NCBI GenBank assembly: GCA_040954595.2
Contig: CM082594.2
Coordinates: 6,654,840-6,718,839 of the forward strand
Reading direction: 5' to 3'
From: Balanoglossus misakiensis
Taxonomy: Eukaryota; Animalia; Hemichordata
Length of the DNA stretch: 64,000 nt
Part shown: in pieces, positions 32,009 to 47,000 of the stretch
Numbering within the stretch: the first letter of the stretch is position 1
Layout of the letters: each line of letters opens with the position of its first letter
Program-made: the position numbers and the translations under genes
The notes under the pieces: generated by a model
Seen by the model: the letters and a program-made list of their open reading frames with translations, nothing else
Databases searched by the model: none
Told to the model about the DNA's origin: nothing

Positions 32009-35000
32009 ATGAAGCCTACAAGTTTAAGAGGGATGCGTATCAAGAACACACAATCATATTTGCACGTTCTGGTCATATTTATTCTGCTATTAGTTTATTT
32101 TATAGGTAAGTAGTACTTATTTTAATCATTTCACCGGAATATTTCACTTGCCACTTGGTGGTCGCATTGTAAAGCTCATCTTCGCGTTGAAAAGGAGTGC
32201 GCCTGGGTCAGCTAACCATGCATGCAGTCATTTGTGACGAAATCGACGACATGGTACATTCGCAATCAGTCTGTGCATGCTTACTGTGGTAGGGGATTTC
32301 TCTTTAATTGTCAGGAATATAGTTTTTATTTTAATTCCCACTGCCATGGCAACTGTTCCATCAAATATGGACAGAATTTCTTTAAGTACACTAGTGTTCA
32401 CATATATCAAACCCTTTTTTGCTCTTGATCTCAAATACATAAACTACAGGAGCTAGTACATGTACACCCCAGCTGGCTGGCACACCAGCGCATAATGGCA
32501 GCCACCATATTAGACTTTCAGTGTGAAGGGCCAAACTTATACGTGACGGACGTCTAAATATATCTATGGTATTCTGGGTGATGTCTAAATATATCTCTGG
32601 CCTTCAAAGTATAATTTAAGAAAAATCACATTGAAAGGAATGTGGAATGTTAAATTACGACCATATCATGAAGATATAGCCTGATTACGCCAATCTGTGA
32701 AAGTTGTCAGCTCTGAAATAATAGTGCCTTTGCCTCAAATGTTTTAGTTAAGTGTTTGTTATATCGCATGGTGTTGATAAAGCGTGGAGTTTGACTGTTT
32801 GAACTGTGGAAGCAAATAAAGAAATGTCCCACACATGTCTTTATGGCAGTCAAGGTTGGAGACATTCTCGAGACATGCACAAAAGAGTTCAAGTCCGTGC
32901 AGAGCATTGATAGCTCAATCCATATAACCTTGTACTCTGCCGGGCTGTACTGCCTAACATGAAAGGAAGAAAAACTATTGTAGGATTTAAAAAACGATAA
33001 TGAGACCATGAGAGTAAGTGAGTCTAAAATGCTCACACGGTTCACAATATTTGTTAAGTGCTGATTTCTCAAACACAAAATAATACGCTATGAGGGAAGG
33101 AGACAGAGACACAACACTGGTTAATGCAACCTGTGAAAAACTGACGTTAAAAATCCTGATTGATATATCTGCAGTTGTGTATCCCACATAATTCGTCAAT
33201 ACAGCATGTCATAAAATGATTAATAATTGACTACCGGTATGTTGGGCTTCAGATGGTAAAATGGAAAATATAGTGATGACAACTTTGATGCTTTCACAGA
33301 TAAATCAACCATGAACTAATTTTGGCAGAATCTTCACTTTTTGGCAAAAAAGTAAAGTTTAACTTAGTTCTATTCCACGGTAGTTGAAAATTACTGGCAC
33401 TGCGCATGTTTTACCCATCATCCCTGGTTACAAATTTTGGACATCATCGTGTTGAACAGTGGAATATTCGGAGTGGGGGATGAAAAGGGGGCGACCACAC
33501 GCCCATGCATTTCGTAATTTCATGCACGCTTGGTTTGGTTTAACGGTTGTAAGCATCGTTAAGATCACACATAACGTGGAAATCTTATGTTCTTTTTAAT
33601 ATATTGACTTTTCCCCCATTCATCAGACAGGACATCAAATTCTGTCCTGCGACAATGTGTAGTAAATCATTCTAATTCACAGTATTACAGCGAGATAGAG
33701 AGAGCGCAAGATTCTATTTTGAGTGCTTGTAACGCTTCTGGCAATAAATCTATGGTAGAATGTGGTTGTCAGACTTACAGACCACCTTAATACAATGAAG
33801 TATGTTTGTTGTGTCGCGGAGTTAAGGAAGTTGGCATTTTATGTGAGGCGTTAACTCAAAAAACGTTCGCTTCTTACGTTACTGATAAAGCATTAATCCC
33901 TTGAACCATTTAATTTCTAATTAAAATGAGTTTATACAAATACAGAAATTGAACATGGATGTTTAAATTGGCTGAGCAAAAGCGGACCATTCGAGGAGAG
34001 AGTGGGAGGGAGGGGGAGGGAGAGGGGGAGATAGGGATTGAGAGAAAAAGACAGAAAGATATAGACAGACACGGTGTGTGCGTGTATAACCCATTAAAGT
34101 AAACAATGAAAGGGGCATAGGACGTCCGGAGTCGTCGAAATTGTCCCTACGTTAAAATACGAACACCTACGAATAATCTACTGCCCGAGGGGGACACCAT
34201 GTGAAAAGTGCACACCGACACGACGTCGTCTGGGCGTACGTTCAACTGCCCTCCCGATCTCGTTCATTTAATGGCCCCGGTAATACAAATAGGTTATGGT
34301 GGCTTCTTTTGTCTGGCCTTTTAGGCGCGTACAATGGGATTAGTCCGATAAAGGGACATCTCATTGTTGGTCGTGTTTGTGAGTACAAAGCCACACCCAA
34401 TGTTCATATTTCAAAGACTAGCTTCGTCTTGCAGAAACCTTCACACTAATATTAAAAGCTGCCCTAGTCAGCGTTTTTTTTTCTTATAATTCGCACAAAA
34501 AGGGGGAAATATAGTCTGTATAGTATATTGTTACCCTTCCTTGCTCTCGACTATTGAAAAGAAAAATGATTTTGTTGCTGAAGTCCCACCCCTGCAGAAC
34601 TGTGTCGGTCTCACGCACTTGTCTGTTGCTGTATTATTGGGTTTATTATCAACATATCGTCAAGTTTATACCACAGAGTGTGGATTTGTAGTGGATGGGC
34701 ATTTTTAATCTAATAAATTAACAATGCACGTTTGTAGAACATGTATTTACTGCATCTGAGAACATTTTCCCTATGGAAAGTAAACAGAAAGCGCACAGTT
34801 TCAGTGAAATGAATTGAAATTTCAATTGTCACATACAGAACATCTCATTACCTGAGATCAACTGAATGGCATCTATAATAACCCATATTTTATCTTTTGT
34901 TTCAGACGACAGTGAAGCACAAACACCATGTAAGTCCAACATTTATCATATAAGTTTTTAATGACATTGGTGAGACAAATTGTAATTGTTACTTTTATCA

Positions 35001-38000
35001 TCTGAATGGGTATATGTTATTTTCACTGGTTTGGCCTGGGCGAATTACATGTTTCATGTAATGAATCAAACTGATTTGATCATCACATTCGGCTTCGAAC
35101 CTATCCAGGGATTTTTATGAACAAAGCATTCACTTGAGGAATGGTTACTGTTGCATATTTTTAAAATCTAGTTGCGTCTTTCTTATCTTGAACATGACAT
35201 AACCAAAGCAAGATATTACTTTGAAATCATTTTATGTCATTTTTCAAAACTGGCTTTAGTAGATATCGAAAATCAGAGATTCTGAAAAATTTTCTATAAA
35301 ATCAAAGCCTTGGTTAAGATAGCAGATCTTGACTGCGAACGTTCTAGACACCCAAACTTCGGGCAATTCAATATTTTGTTATGTGTACTCCCACTAGGCA
35401 CCCCACCCATAATCCGGATAGTCCGATTGTCAACCCACCCTTTGTATCTGTAGGTGCGGCCCCCTTCATATTTGTCGTAAATTAAACGATTCATTCTTCT
35501 CCCAAAACCAAGCTACAAAGCGAGTGATAACATCTTCAATTGACTTTTTCTTCTAAATTTAATTGGTCTTCATTATAGCAATCAATTATTGAATGAACAA
35601 GTTATTCAAACAGAGCAACATGTCATGATTTTCTTGCACCCATGTACAATATTTTGGAAGAAACTTATTTTTAGTGTTTTTGTACACCAACATGCCAACC
35701 ATAATTAACAGAATTACTGATTTATTAGCTCAACAAATGGTGTTCAGTTTTCGAAGTTTAAATTGTTACACTACAGGGCTTGACATTATCAAAAGTAAAC
35801 AATATTCTTGTAATCATGATCAAAAGTTTTCCTTAGGTCACTAGAATTTGATATGACACCTTTTGGGATGATTGTTGGCAATGAAATACTGGTATTGATC
35901 TGAAAGACCCTTTGTCTATATACAATAACTTGAATTTGTTTTGATTTGTAATCGTTTTGCAGCATGTTTGGCAGAAGAAGTGGAATTCGGTGGTTCTTGC
36001 TACTATGTTGAAAGCTATTACACTGTTACAAAGGCAGACTTTGCCGAAGCAACAGCTGCCTGTGCTCTACGAGGTGCCTATCTGGTAGCCATTCAAAGTG
36101 ACGCTGAGAAAACATTCCTGTCCGATCATCTGGCAACGTTCGATAACGATAAAACAAATGAAAGATACTGGACATCGGGCAGAGACCAAGAGACAGAAGG
36201 AACGTGGAGATGGGATTCTGGACATGTCTGGTCATACGATGGGATGTGGACTTCTTTATCCAGTGCGCCTAATGAAGGTGAAATTTCTGGGTGTGGCATA
36301 TTTGCAGAGGAGGGACCGGCTTCCCAGAAGTTCTCACTGGAGGATCTCAACTGCGAGTCGAACTCTGGTTACATCTGTGAAAGAGGTGAGCTGATACACA
36401 GAAAGTCATGTGCACAACAACATTTTTGTTGAATGCTGTCATGCAGGACCAGGTGACAGAATTTAGCCTAAAATATTTATTTTTGGGTAAAGAGTTGAAT
36501 TGGGCGACAAATAGGCTGAAATATTAATAATCAAAAATAGTACAAATTTTGTATAAACTACCATATTTTATAACCATAGTTTACAAAGTCTGCTAGGTTT
36601 AGGGGGAGGTCTGACTGCACTTATGACTTTTTGTTTATAAACACACCATCGACACTGTTCCCTCCTTGTTCCTGAGGAGTTTTTTTTTATAGATCTGTCA
36701 CAACAACCAAGCATCACAACCGGTCTAAACACACACATTTTCACTTCATAGGAAACTGGCCAACATGTGATGAACCAATACCAATCCCAGATCACGGTTC
36801 CCTAGTGACGACGCCAAGTTATCCTGTAGCCAATGGAGGCTCAGTGACGTACCAATGCGATACCGGCTACCAGCTAGCTGGTGATGCAGTCTTAGAATGT
36901 GTAGACGCTTCTCCTGACTACCCTGGTGACAAATGGAATTTTTCAGCGCCATTGCCAAGATGTGTACCAGATGGTACGTATGTGAATTGGGTGTATAATG
37001 ATGAAACTTGTTATCCTATTAGGTTGATATTTAAAGTAGTAAAACACATTGGATCAGGTCTGACATTCATACTTTCAGACACAAATCACCCTTTAAGTAT
37101 CAGTTCTGTAAAAATTGGATTCTAACAATTAAAGCTCTGGAGTGGCAAATCATTAATTTTTCATTCCCTTCGGTTTGAATGCAATAAGTCATAATCTATC
37201 AGAATGCAATAAGTCATAATCTCTCACAATTATTAACTTCCTTATGTTACCACTTTCTTATTCCATAGTGAACTGTCCTGACCCCGGTGCATTGTCTGCC
37301 AATGTTATCTGGAGTAACCCAATACTGCCATTTCCAGCGGAGGTCGGTACTACTTTGAACTATGCCTGCAGAGAAGATAACCAGTTTACCGGTACATTGG
37401 TTGGCGCTGCGACATTGGAATGTCTGGCAGGTGGAACATGGGATAACAGTCTTCCCACTTGCACAGGTTTGTAAAAATCATGTGTTGACTCAACTGTGAT
37501 GAACTGTAACTATGGTTTCCAAAATAAAAAATGCATACCAACATATTATGTATATCTACATTTGGAGAAGCAACAGATCAGATCTGAAGTGATCTTGAAA
37601 AGTTGCTTCTGACTGATCAACTCAATGTCTTTCATTATCTTTACTTCCAGCTTTGGAAAACATTTCCTTCAACAAGACAGCCACCCAGAGTAGTACAGAC
37701 TATGGTGGTGATGCGTCTCTGGCGATAGATGGTGCAACGAGTGGCGACTTTTCTGATGGCAGCTGTACGCACACAGTGCAACAAGATGACCCCTGGTGGC
37801 AGGTTGACCTTGGCAACTTCTATGATGTTGACACTATTGTCATTGTGAATAGAAATGAATTTGGAGGTATTAATTATACACAAAATCGTCATAGAACAGT
37901 CTAGTGCCTTGTGTGTATAAATGCAAATGACCAATTTAACATGATCATGTAAAATGTGTCGATTACAGCTGTCTTCAATTTTTTTATCAGATCGTCTGAA

Positions 38001-41000
38001 TGGTGCCAATGTCTATGTAAGCCCTTACCCGAACGGGCCCTATGAATTATGTGGAACTGCTACCGCTGATGGTGTTGTAACAATCAATTGTCCATCTGAC
38101 AATGTTGCCCAATATGTGACCATTCAGCAGGATGGAGTTGATCAGATACTTTCACTGTGTGAAGTTCAAGTCTTTGGAACAGGTATTTGATTCTGTTATG
38201 GTTTGTTTTGTTAATTACAGAAATATCATTTACTAGATTTCGGGATTTCGAGGAATGCAATGTACTGTCAATATACTACAAATCCATTTTCCAACTTGCG
38301 AACTCAACAATGACTGTAAAACATAAAACTAAGTATATATGAAGAAGTTATGTCATGCAAATCCAGAAAGGTCTGCGCATACTGTAGTGACCAATTTCAC
38401 CTTCTTCTCTTTATGACAAAAATTTAATCTACAGTCACAAGTAATCCTCCAGCAACAGCACCACCACTGGCCACACCATTTCCACCAGGACCAACCCCAG
38501 CAGCACCAACAGGTAAGTCACTATTCCCAAATGTGACATATGTGCAGGTTTGACGACAGCTCTAATTGTGGTTGTTGTGTCCATCATGGACTAAAAGCTC
38601 TATGAACTGTTTTAATCGATGAACAATTAAGGAGTTATGTTTTATCCCAAAAGTGTAATATTTAAATTGTTGAGTATTTAACAGTATGGAGTTAACCACA
38701 ACATAAAATATAGTACGTTCTGTGTATGATTATTGGTGATACTCTTCAGCCGAACTTAAGGTCACATTCACATTCAATAGATCACTGGTGTTCAGTCACA
38801 TCATATATTCCATCAAAAACACGTTTTTTTAGTGACACAAAGTCAACTTTTAAGGTTTGGATTGTGATAATATCTATTCACATACTGTGCCAGATTGTTA
38901 TCTAGCATGATGGTATGCAATTTGGCTAAGTCCATTACTTCATATACGCTGTTTTTTTATGACAGGTCCGTGCACTCTGGACTCAATCACCTCAACATCA
39001 AATATGATCATAACCAATGGTGTGCAGTCTCCTGTGACAAATGGGTCGATTGTGAACATAGGATGTGAAGATGGCTATGGACTTGTGGGACCATCAACTC
39101 TTATCTGTGAAAGTGGTTCTCTGACTGGCGGTGATACTCCATCATGTTTCTTAGGTACAGAATTTTCGCTATATTGATACTTGTAGATGTAGACATTAAT
39201 ATTAAAATGCCCAAATGACATCATGCCATATTCAAGAGGAGATGCACCAATCAGAAAGATAAATTTGATGTACTTTTGTATCATAGATATGGAGAATATT
39301 GCTGTTGAAGAACCGACTGTCAATAGTGTTAAAGAAGGGCAGAGTTCGAGAGTCCTTGGCAGTTTGCCGACGAGAGCTACTGATGGTGACCCCTCAACAT
39401 GTACAGAAACAGAATACGAGTATGAACCATGGTTCAGGATGAAATATAACCTCCCAGAAGATTACTTGATTTACTACATCGTGATTACGGGTAAGATGAT
39501 GATATTGATAATGCAATCCCTATGTTGCCTGTTGGCGCTCTCCTGGACATTACCTTAAGGAGAGATGTTTTCCAGTCTGGACTGGAATACACTTAAAACA
39601 ATAATAATGACCCATTCACATAGTCCTGATTTGTTTACATGCTGAAAACAGGAAAAGTTGAGATTATGTATGGAGGAGACTAAGAAAATGTAGTAGGTAT
39701 ACAATAAAATGTAAACAACTAAAAATAGCCAGAAGTTGCAGATAGCAGTCCTTGAGTGCAGGCACATGGTTTAAAACTTTCAGTCATGCTTAGTGATGAT
39801 TTCATAGTGACATGTATTGCTAGATGTCATCAAATGATAACCTTGGCATACAGGACTACACGCAGAGCGAATCTAGCAGTATTATGAAAAGAGGAGAATT
39901 TATTTAAAATATTACACTGTACTATTTTATAAACTTAGGGGAAAATGTCATCATATAAATCAACTGTCACAGTGACACTGTGAGGCATTTGGTCAGACAT
40001 TCTGAGCACATCCTTCCATGTTCCCTATGACATGTTACCATTTAAATTAAATCCTCACATTTCATATTTCATTTCAACTGGAACTGAACTGGAGATGCTT
40101 ACAAATGAATTGTAATTCTATTTTTCCCCTAATAAAAGCACCCTATCTGGATGGAGTCACAGTCAGAGTTGACCCCAAAACAGACCCTCTAGAAGGTGGT
40201 CAAATATGTGGCCAGAACATTGTGAGAACTTCACCATCAACTGTCATGGTGGAATGCGATCCACCAGTTAGTGGTCACCCGGATAAAGACATAGTATCAG
40301 AAATATCTATTAGTATACCAGGCAAAAATGCCACACTGAGTCTGTGCGACGTTCAGGTGATGGGCAGAAGTAAGTACAGATTTTAAGAACCGATTTTGTA
40401 CACAGCAATCCCTATTGGAAGAACAACAGCAAAGTGTCAAAGTCAGCCCAGTGACCACGTGAAAATTATGTTCTGAATGTATTGACGACATGTGTTTGGT
40501 ATATTGATGTACTCAGAATGTGCGAGTAAAGAGATGCACTACAGACTCATCTATGCCATTGAAACACACTTTTGGGGGGGGGGTGGATTTGGCGTATTAG
40601 CTTGCTACTTTTAGAGTGATTGCAGCTACTACAAAGAAGTGTTTAAAGGGGCGAATGTTATGAACAACTGACCCTTGTTTTCCTTTTGTTTCACACACTC
40701 ACATGAACACTTAGACTTTTGACCATATAGACAATATGTAAACTAGTGGTGACTATATACCTCTAAAAGATGTTCCACCAAGAAACCAAATCATTAAATT
40801 TTGTCTTGTCCTATTACATTCCAATCAGTACCACCCACGACAACAACTATAGTGCAGACCACTGTGACAAGAGTAACAACACCGCCTCCTACATTGGGGA
40901 CGACAGCACCACCGTCAACAGTGATACCAACAACTGACATAAGTAACTTCATTTTCATTTAATTTTAATGGTTACTTTAAGTTTATGGACGATTGCAATC

Positions 41001-44000
41001 ATTCTGAGAAATTGTACCTTGCATTTGTTTCAATTAGTGATGAATTTTTGATAGATCTATATAGATTGTAAATTGGAAACGGGAATCACTAATACATATG
41101 TTAACAGACTGCATGGCAGAAGTACACACATGATGATTTTCGTCGCACATTGTTCTTAACTAATAACTAGAATAATGCATATCCCACATATGATCAGCTT
41201 ACTGAAATACTGTTTTAATTGGTGGAAATAGGCATTTAAGTAAAATCTAAGAAGTACTCACCAAAGTCATCCTGATCTCTCCAGCTTCAATTTAAAATTG
41301 GCCGAGTTGGGTTGGGTATTTGTCTTCCATTCTTGAACTTCCATTCTCAAAGTAATATTTCATTGTAGAAGTAATTCCAACCTATGAACCTTCATCACCA
41401 GATTTTCTGACCACCATCGATGAGCTCGCAACCACCCCGCTACCTACAACGGTACAACCATCAGTAGAAACGATGTTCACAACTCAAGCAACAACTGTTC
41501 AAGCAACAACCATTTTGGCTACTACTAAAGGTAGTGTAATTAATCACATACTCAGTGTAATTGACGCACACATACATGTACCTGAACCACTTTGCGCAGA
41601 TTTCTTTCCTGCAGATCTTATACTCGTGTTGATGAAATTTATTGTAAACAAAAGTATCTTTTTAGACCATTCAATGTTTGTGTATCATGCAATCTATATT
41701 CAGCAGGTACAAAACTAATTTGACACAAACTATTTGTTGATAATTGGCTTTGGCAACACAACACAATCTGGGCAGAAATGATCAAAATATTCCTCCAATG
41801 CCTGAAACAAATTATTCTGTAGGTAACTGTCATTATACTGACCATGCATGCCTCTCATAAATAATCAATTGCTTGCAATTCAAAAGTACACATACATGTA
41901 TACACTGAGTTTCAGTTGCAATTATAAAATAATCACACGGTTAGATGGATGGACGTAGATACAATGTAGGAGCTCTCATCATTTGTGAACACAACTGCAT
42001 TGCAAAAGAACTGTGTATATATGAAAACTTTGAGCCTAAACAAATCCAGTACAGTATCAGACAGACATACAGAGGGACACACGCACCAGTTCTACCAAGA
42101 CACAATTCTTCGCACCAAATTTTGCGTATACATATTTATTTGGATTTTTCTTTTCAAACTGCAGATCCATTGTACCAGTGTGAAAACCCTGGCATCCCTC
42201 CTGCATATGGTTCCATAACCAACGGTGATGTGGAGTTTCCTGTTGACCTAGAAACAGTAGTGACTTTGGCTTGCGACTCCGATTACACACTAGTCGGAAG
42301 TCCCAACATGACCTGCATCAACACAACCAGTGGTGCTTCATGGGATGAGCAAGTTCCAATCTGTGCTTTAGCAGGTATGTTGCAAACTCTTGTTTCTACA
42401 ATGTACTCTGACTTTGATATGAACCTCATTGGCGCCACTTGTTTAATTTTTGATGTATCATTCAAAGAGAAAATCTGTAATTGAAACTGTTTTGATAATG
42501 TTTGTTGATTCATTCTAAAGTAGAAATCATCTGATTACATCTGGCAATCTCAGTTGCAATCTGTGATTGATTTGGCTACCTTTTTATGAACCGCGTTGAT
42601 CCTGAAGTGATTATCCATGGTTACTTTACTAACATCACTTTGTACCTGATATTTTCCTCCAACAGAGTGCAAACCAGAACCTGAGGAGTTTGGATTTAAT
42701 GGTTCCTGCTATCACAGTCCATTCGCTGACGATGGCCAGGAAAAATTCAATTGGGCAGATGCAGCTAAATATTGTGAGGATCATGGGTACTACCTTGCTA
42801 CCATAGGGAGTGCTGAGGAACATGACGCTATTAAGGCGAAGTTGAACTCAGACTTGTATAGCACCAAGAGATCAAAGTATTGGGTTGGCGCAACTGATGC
42901 CACAACAGAGGGTACATGGCAGTGGATGTCAGGTCATTTGTGGACATATGATGGCATGTGGCATGGCACCAACCCAAACGGTGGCACAGATCAAAATTGC
43001 GCCCTGCTGATTAAAAAAAAGGATTGGAATATGTTTGATGGTGATTGTACAAGAAATCGTTTTGTACTATGTGAAAGAGGTAAGTTGCTTGAATGCACAT
43101 CCAAAGTTATCACTCTCAGTGTCAATAAACAATAAACAATATTCATCATTAGCCTGAGAAGTGAGATGTGTGGGAAATAGGACTGGTGGCAAGCGCTTTT
43201 TTCAGTTAATATTTTGATAGCTTGTTTATCGTCAGTTCACTGAAATATGTCTTTGTAATAGGACTTTGGTGTCCTTCTTCAGACCTGGAGAAGGTGAAGA
43301 GGGATATCTACTTCTGATTTCAATCAGGCAAGACGAGACTCAAATCAATCTGTTAATAGAGTGACAAGCTATCTTGAACTAATTAATTCATGTTTAGACA
43401 TATTTTAAATCACTAAATACAGATAGCATCATCGCCATAATGTTCAATTACAGGCGATCCAGTAAGGTGCGATGACCCAGGCCAACTTGAAAACGGAAAC
43501 ATAGTGTCATCTCCAGCCTATCCAGCCTATGTTGGACAAACAACCACATTTGCTTGCGACAGCGGGTACACATTGATCGGCAATGAGACTATTGTTTGTA
43601 CTGCTCGACAAACCAACGATGGCTACTTTTGGAATGTCCCAGTGCCACTGTGTGTTCCATTAGGTGAGTGGAAGTCCCTATGTTCAAATTCAGACGCTGT
43701 GGCAAAAAATAAAGACATCAAGACAATTTAGCCATGTTCTTACCCCTATTCAACCATGGAAGAAATTTATGTCTGAAGGATATATGCCCACGTCTTGAAG
43801 TATATGTTTGTTATTTTTTTCATTTTGTTTCATTTAAGGTTGTGATGAACAAAACCTAACTCTGCCGGCAAACGTTATTCTTAGTGAACCCAGCTTGTTT
43901 CCAATTGTGAATGGATCAGTTCTAACATTGGCTTGTGATCCCCCATACTACGAGATGACTGGAACTCCTGCAGTTACGTGCGTTGATGGATCGTGGGCAG

Positions 44001-47000
44001 TAAATGCCTCCTGTTCAGGTAAGTTGCCTTACAGCTATTAATGTACCTTTAATTCTTTTGAAACAATTTTGGAGTCCTAACTATGAGGTTATTTTGCCCA
44101 TAATGCCATCTGACAGAAAATTTTTAATTCAATACTTCAACCTCTTCCATTTTGTCACATTGGGCATGTTTTTTACTCCCTTACTCTTATGACATGGCTG
44201 AATCTTGAGTTAAGTCATTTTTCTGAGTTTACTTTCTCCTCCTGCCCAGAACCCACATCTTCGACTACTGAGGTACCAACACCATCACAAAGTAAGTATA
44301 TCACATGAATTTTAAGCAAAATCATATGCTATGAGTATTTCTAATTTCAGAAAGAGTATTGGATTGAAAGTTCTTGAAAATAGCACTTCTGTAGATTGCT
44401 GTTTGGTGACATAGAACAAAAGTGTTACAACTACACAAGGGCAGAATGTCAAGTTCATTAGCAAAAGTGTGTTCCTTTAATTTGATAGTTGTTGATACTG
44501 AAAGACATTCTAAATATAAACAACAGAGAATCATTTAGGAGCCTACATTATATGAACTTGAACTATCATGACAATGTGCACAAAATCATATTAGAATATC
44601 ATTTACTGCAGATCGTTAATATGAAATGGTGACAAACGATATTAACGGTTATCTTTTTTAAACAAAAAAAAACATTGAAACTAGCCTAGAAACTAGGCTA
44701 TCGTCCATTGATGACCTATCAATTGTTTAACATTGCAGTCATAAATCTGGCTCTGAATCGCCCATCATCGCAGAGTTCAACTGGTTTCAAGGGAGACGCC
44801 AAGCGAGCCAATGATGGCAACACCGCCAATGACTACTCAGATGGTAGTTGTTCACACACAGAACAACAGACAGACCCATGGTGGATGGTGTTCCTGGATG
44901 GAGTCTATGAAATTGAAGAAATTGTTGTCACAAACCGAGATGTTTTGGGTGAGGATGTTATACCCTGAATGTCTGAATATATGTAGCATTTTTCATATCT
45001 CGAATCGGCATTGTCTTTTTCATTAAATATTGCAAATATTTCAGACAAAAAAAATTTTTTGGTTATCCAAAAATGTAAGCAACTACATGACTATGAATTT
45101 TTGTGTGTGTCAGGGGATCGTCTGCTTAATGCTGAAGTTCGAGTTGGGACATCTGAAGTGCTATCTGAGAATGAATTGTGTGGTGTTCTGGACGGCTCAA
45201 CTGCAGATGGACCAGATAAGTTCAGGCTTAATTGCACTGGTCTGATTGGTAATATCGTCTCAATCCAACTAATCGGGACAGACAAGTACCTGACATTATG
45301 TGAAGTGGAAGTCTATGGATTCAGTAAGTAGTTCTTTTATACTTTTTACATTCACCACTTTCAATAGTCAATAATGTTAAAATATAGTACATACTCAGAA
45401 CTACGATTTGTGTCCGGGATTTAATGGTTATTTGTATGATGTGATACCATATATGACATGACTTGTTGGTATATGTGAAGACTTTACCAGCAATTTCATC
45501 TCTTTAACTGTTAACACAAAAATATGTTTAGAGGGACAGAAATAACACTTAAAATTCTGCGTTCCAAAGACATTCACCAATGCTGCACACATTTACAGAC
45601 ACTTCATCTCTTTGACCTCTTCATAGTTCAACCAACAACACCACCGACGACAGAAGAGTACGATACTACGCAAAGTGTGGAAGAGACTACCATATTACCA
45701 AGTACGGAAGAAATGACGACATTAGTGCCCACCACAGAGGAGGAGACGACACCAGTGTTATCTACAGAAGAGGTGACAACGCCACTGTCTAGTACTGAGG
45801 AGATTACAACACTATTGCAAACTACAGAAGAAGAGACAACACCAATAATTACAACGAAAGAGGTGACAACTGAAGAAATTACGACACAATTCCCAACAAC
45901 TAACATTGTGACAACAGATTTGCCAACAACCACAGTTGTAACAACAGATGTGCCACCAACCACAGTTGTAACAACAGATGTGCCACCAACCACAGTTGTA
46001 ACAACAGATGTGCCACCAACCACAGTTGTAACAACAGATGTGCCACCAACCACAGTTGTAACAACAGATGTGCCACCAACCACAGTTGTAACAACAGATG
46101 TGCCACCAACCACAGTTGTAACAACAGATGTGCCACCAACCACAGTTGTAACAACAGATGTGCCACCAACCACAGTTGTAACAACAGATCTGCCACCAAC
46201 CACAGTTGTAACAACAGATGTGCAACCAACCACAGTTGTAACAACAGATCTACCACCAACCACAGGTATGTTTATATATACGGTATACGGCTATCAGACG
46301 TGTAATCTGGAATCAATTAAAACCACAAGTCTTCAATGCATTTTTGGCACAGAGATTGAAACAATTTAATATATAATAATAGTAACCTGTTATTTGTGAA
46401 CCTTACAGGTAAAATCGGTTTGTTCAAAGCAGTACAGTATTTAAGGATGTTGATTCTTCTCTATCTATATTTCATTGCAGTGTCACTTACAACTTCTGTA
46501 CCAACTACCAAACCACCTACGACAGTGGTCACGGGCACAACCAAAGCGGCAACCATCATTACAACACCAACTTCACACAAAACAACTATTTCACCAACAG
46601 TCCAACCAAAAACTACGGTTACTGTCACAACTGAAGGTAAAGTAATTATGCCAGAACATATACTATAGGGTGTGTTTACAAGTCGATCGACTACTTGGAA
46701 TTTCTGCACACTTAGAACCAGAAAGCACAGTTGGTAACAGCACATATACCGGTATAATCAAAAGTCACAGCTAAGGAAATGTTAAGTCACATGGCAAATC
46801 ACAGACATGACAAACCTTGTTAGAAAATGAACATCAAATTCTGAGAGTTTATTGGCCAATTTGTTTGACGTGATAAGTATTGGTAGCATATTTATTTTGG
46901 TTGAAGTTTAATTCAATTTGTATATTTCAACTTGCAGAGCCAGTCTATCAGTGTGACAACCCTGGTGTCCCTCCAGCATATGGCTCCATCACCAATAGAG

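Noticed and set aside
45900-46265. CRISPR-like regular 30-nt repeat
   Set aside because: Head-to-tail repeats with no unique spacers, in frame within a eukaryotic exon, and no cas genes.
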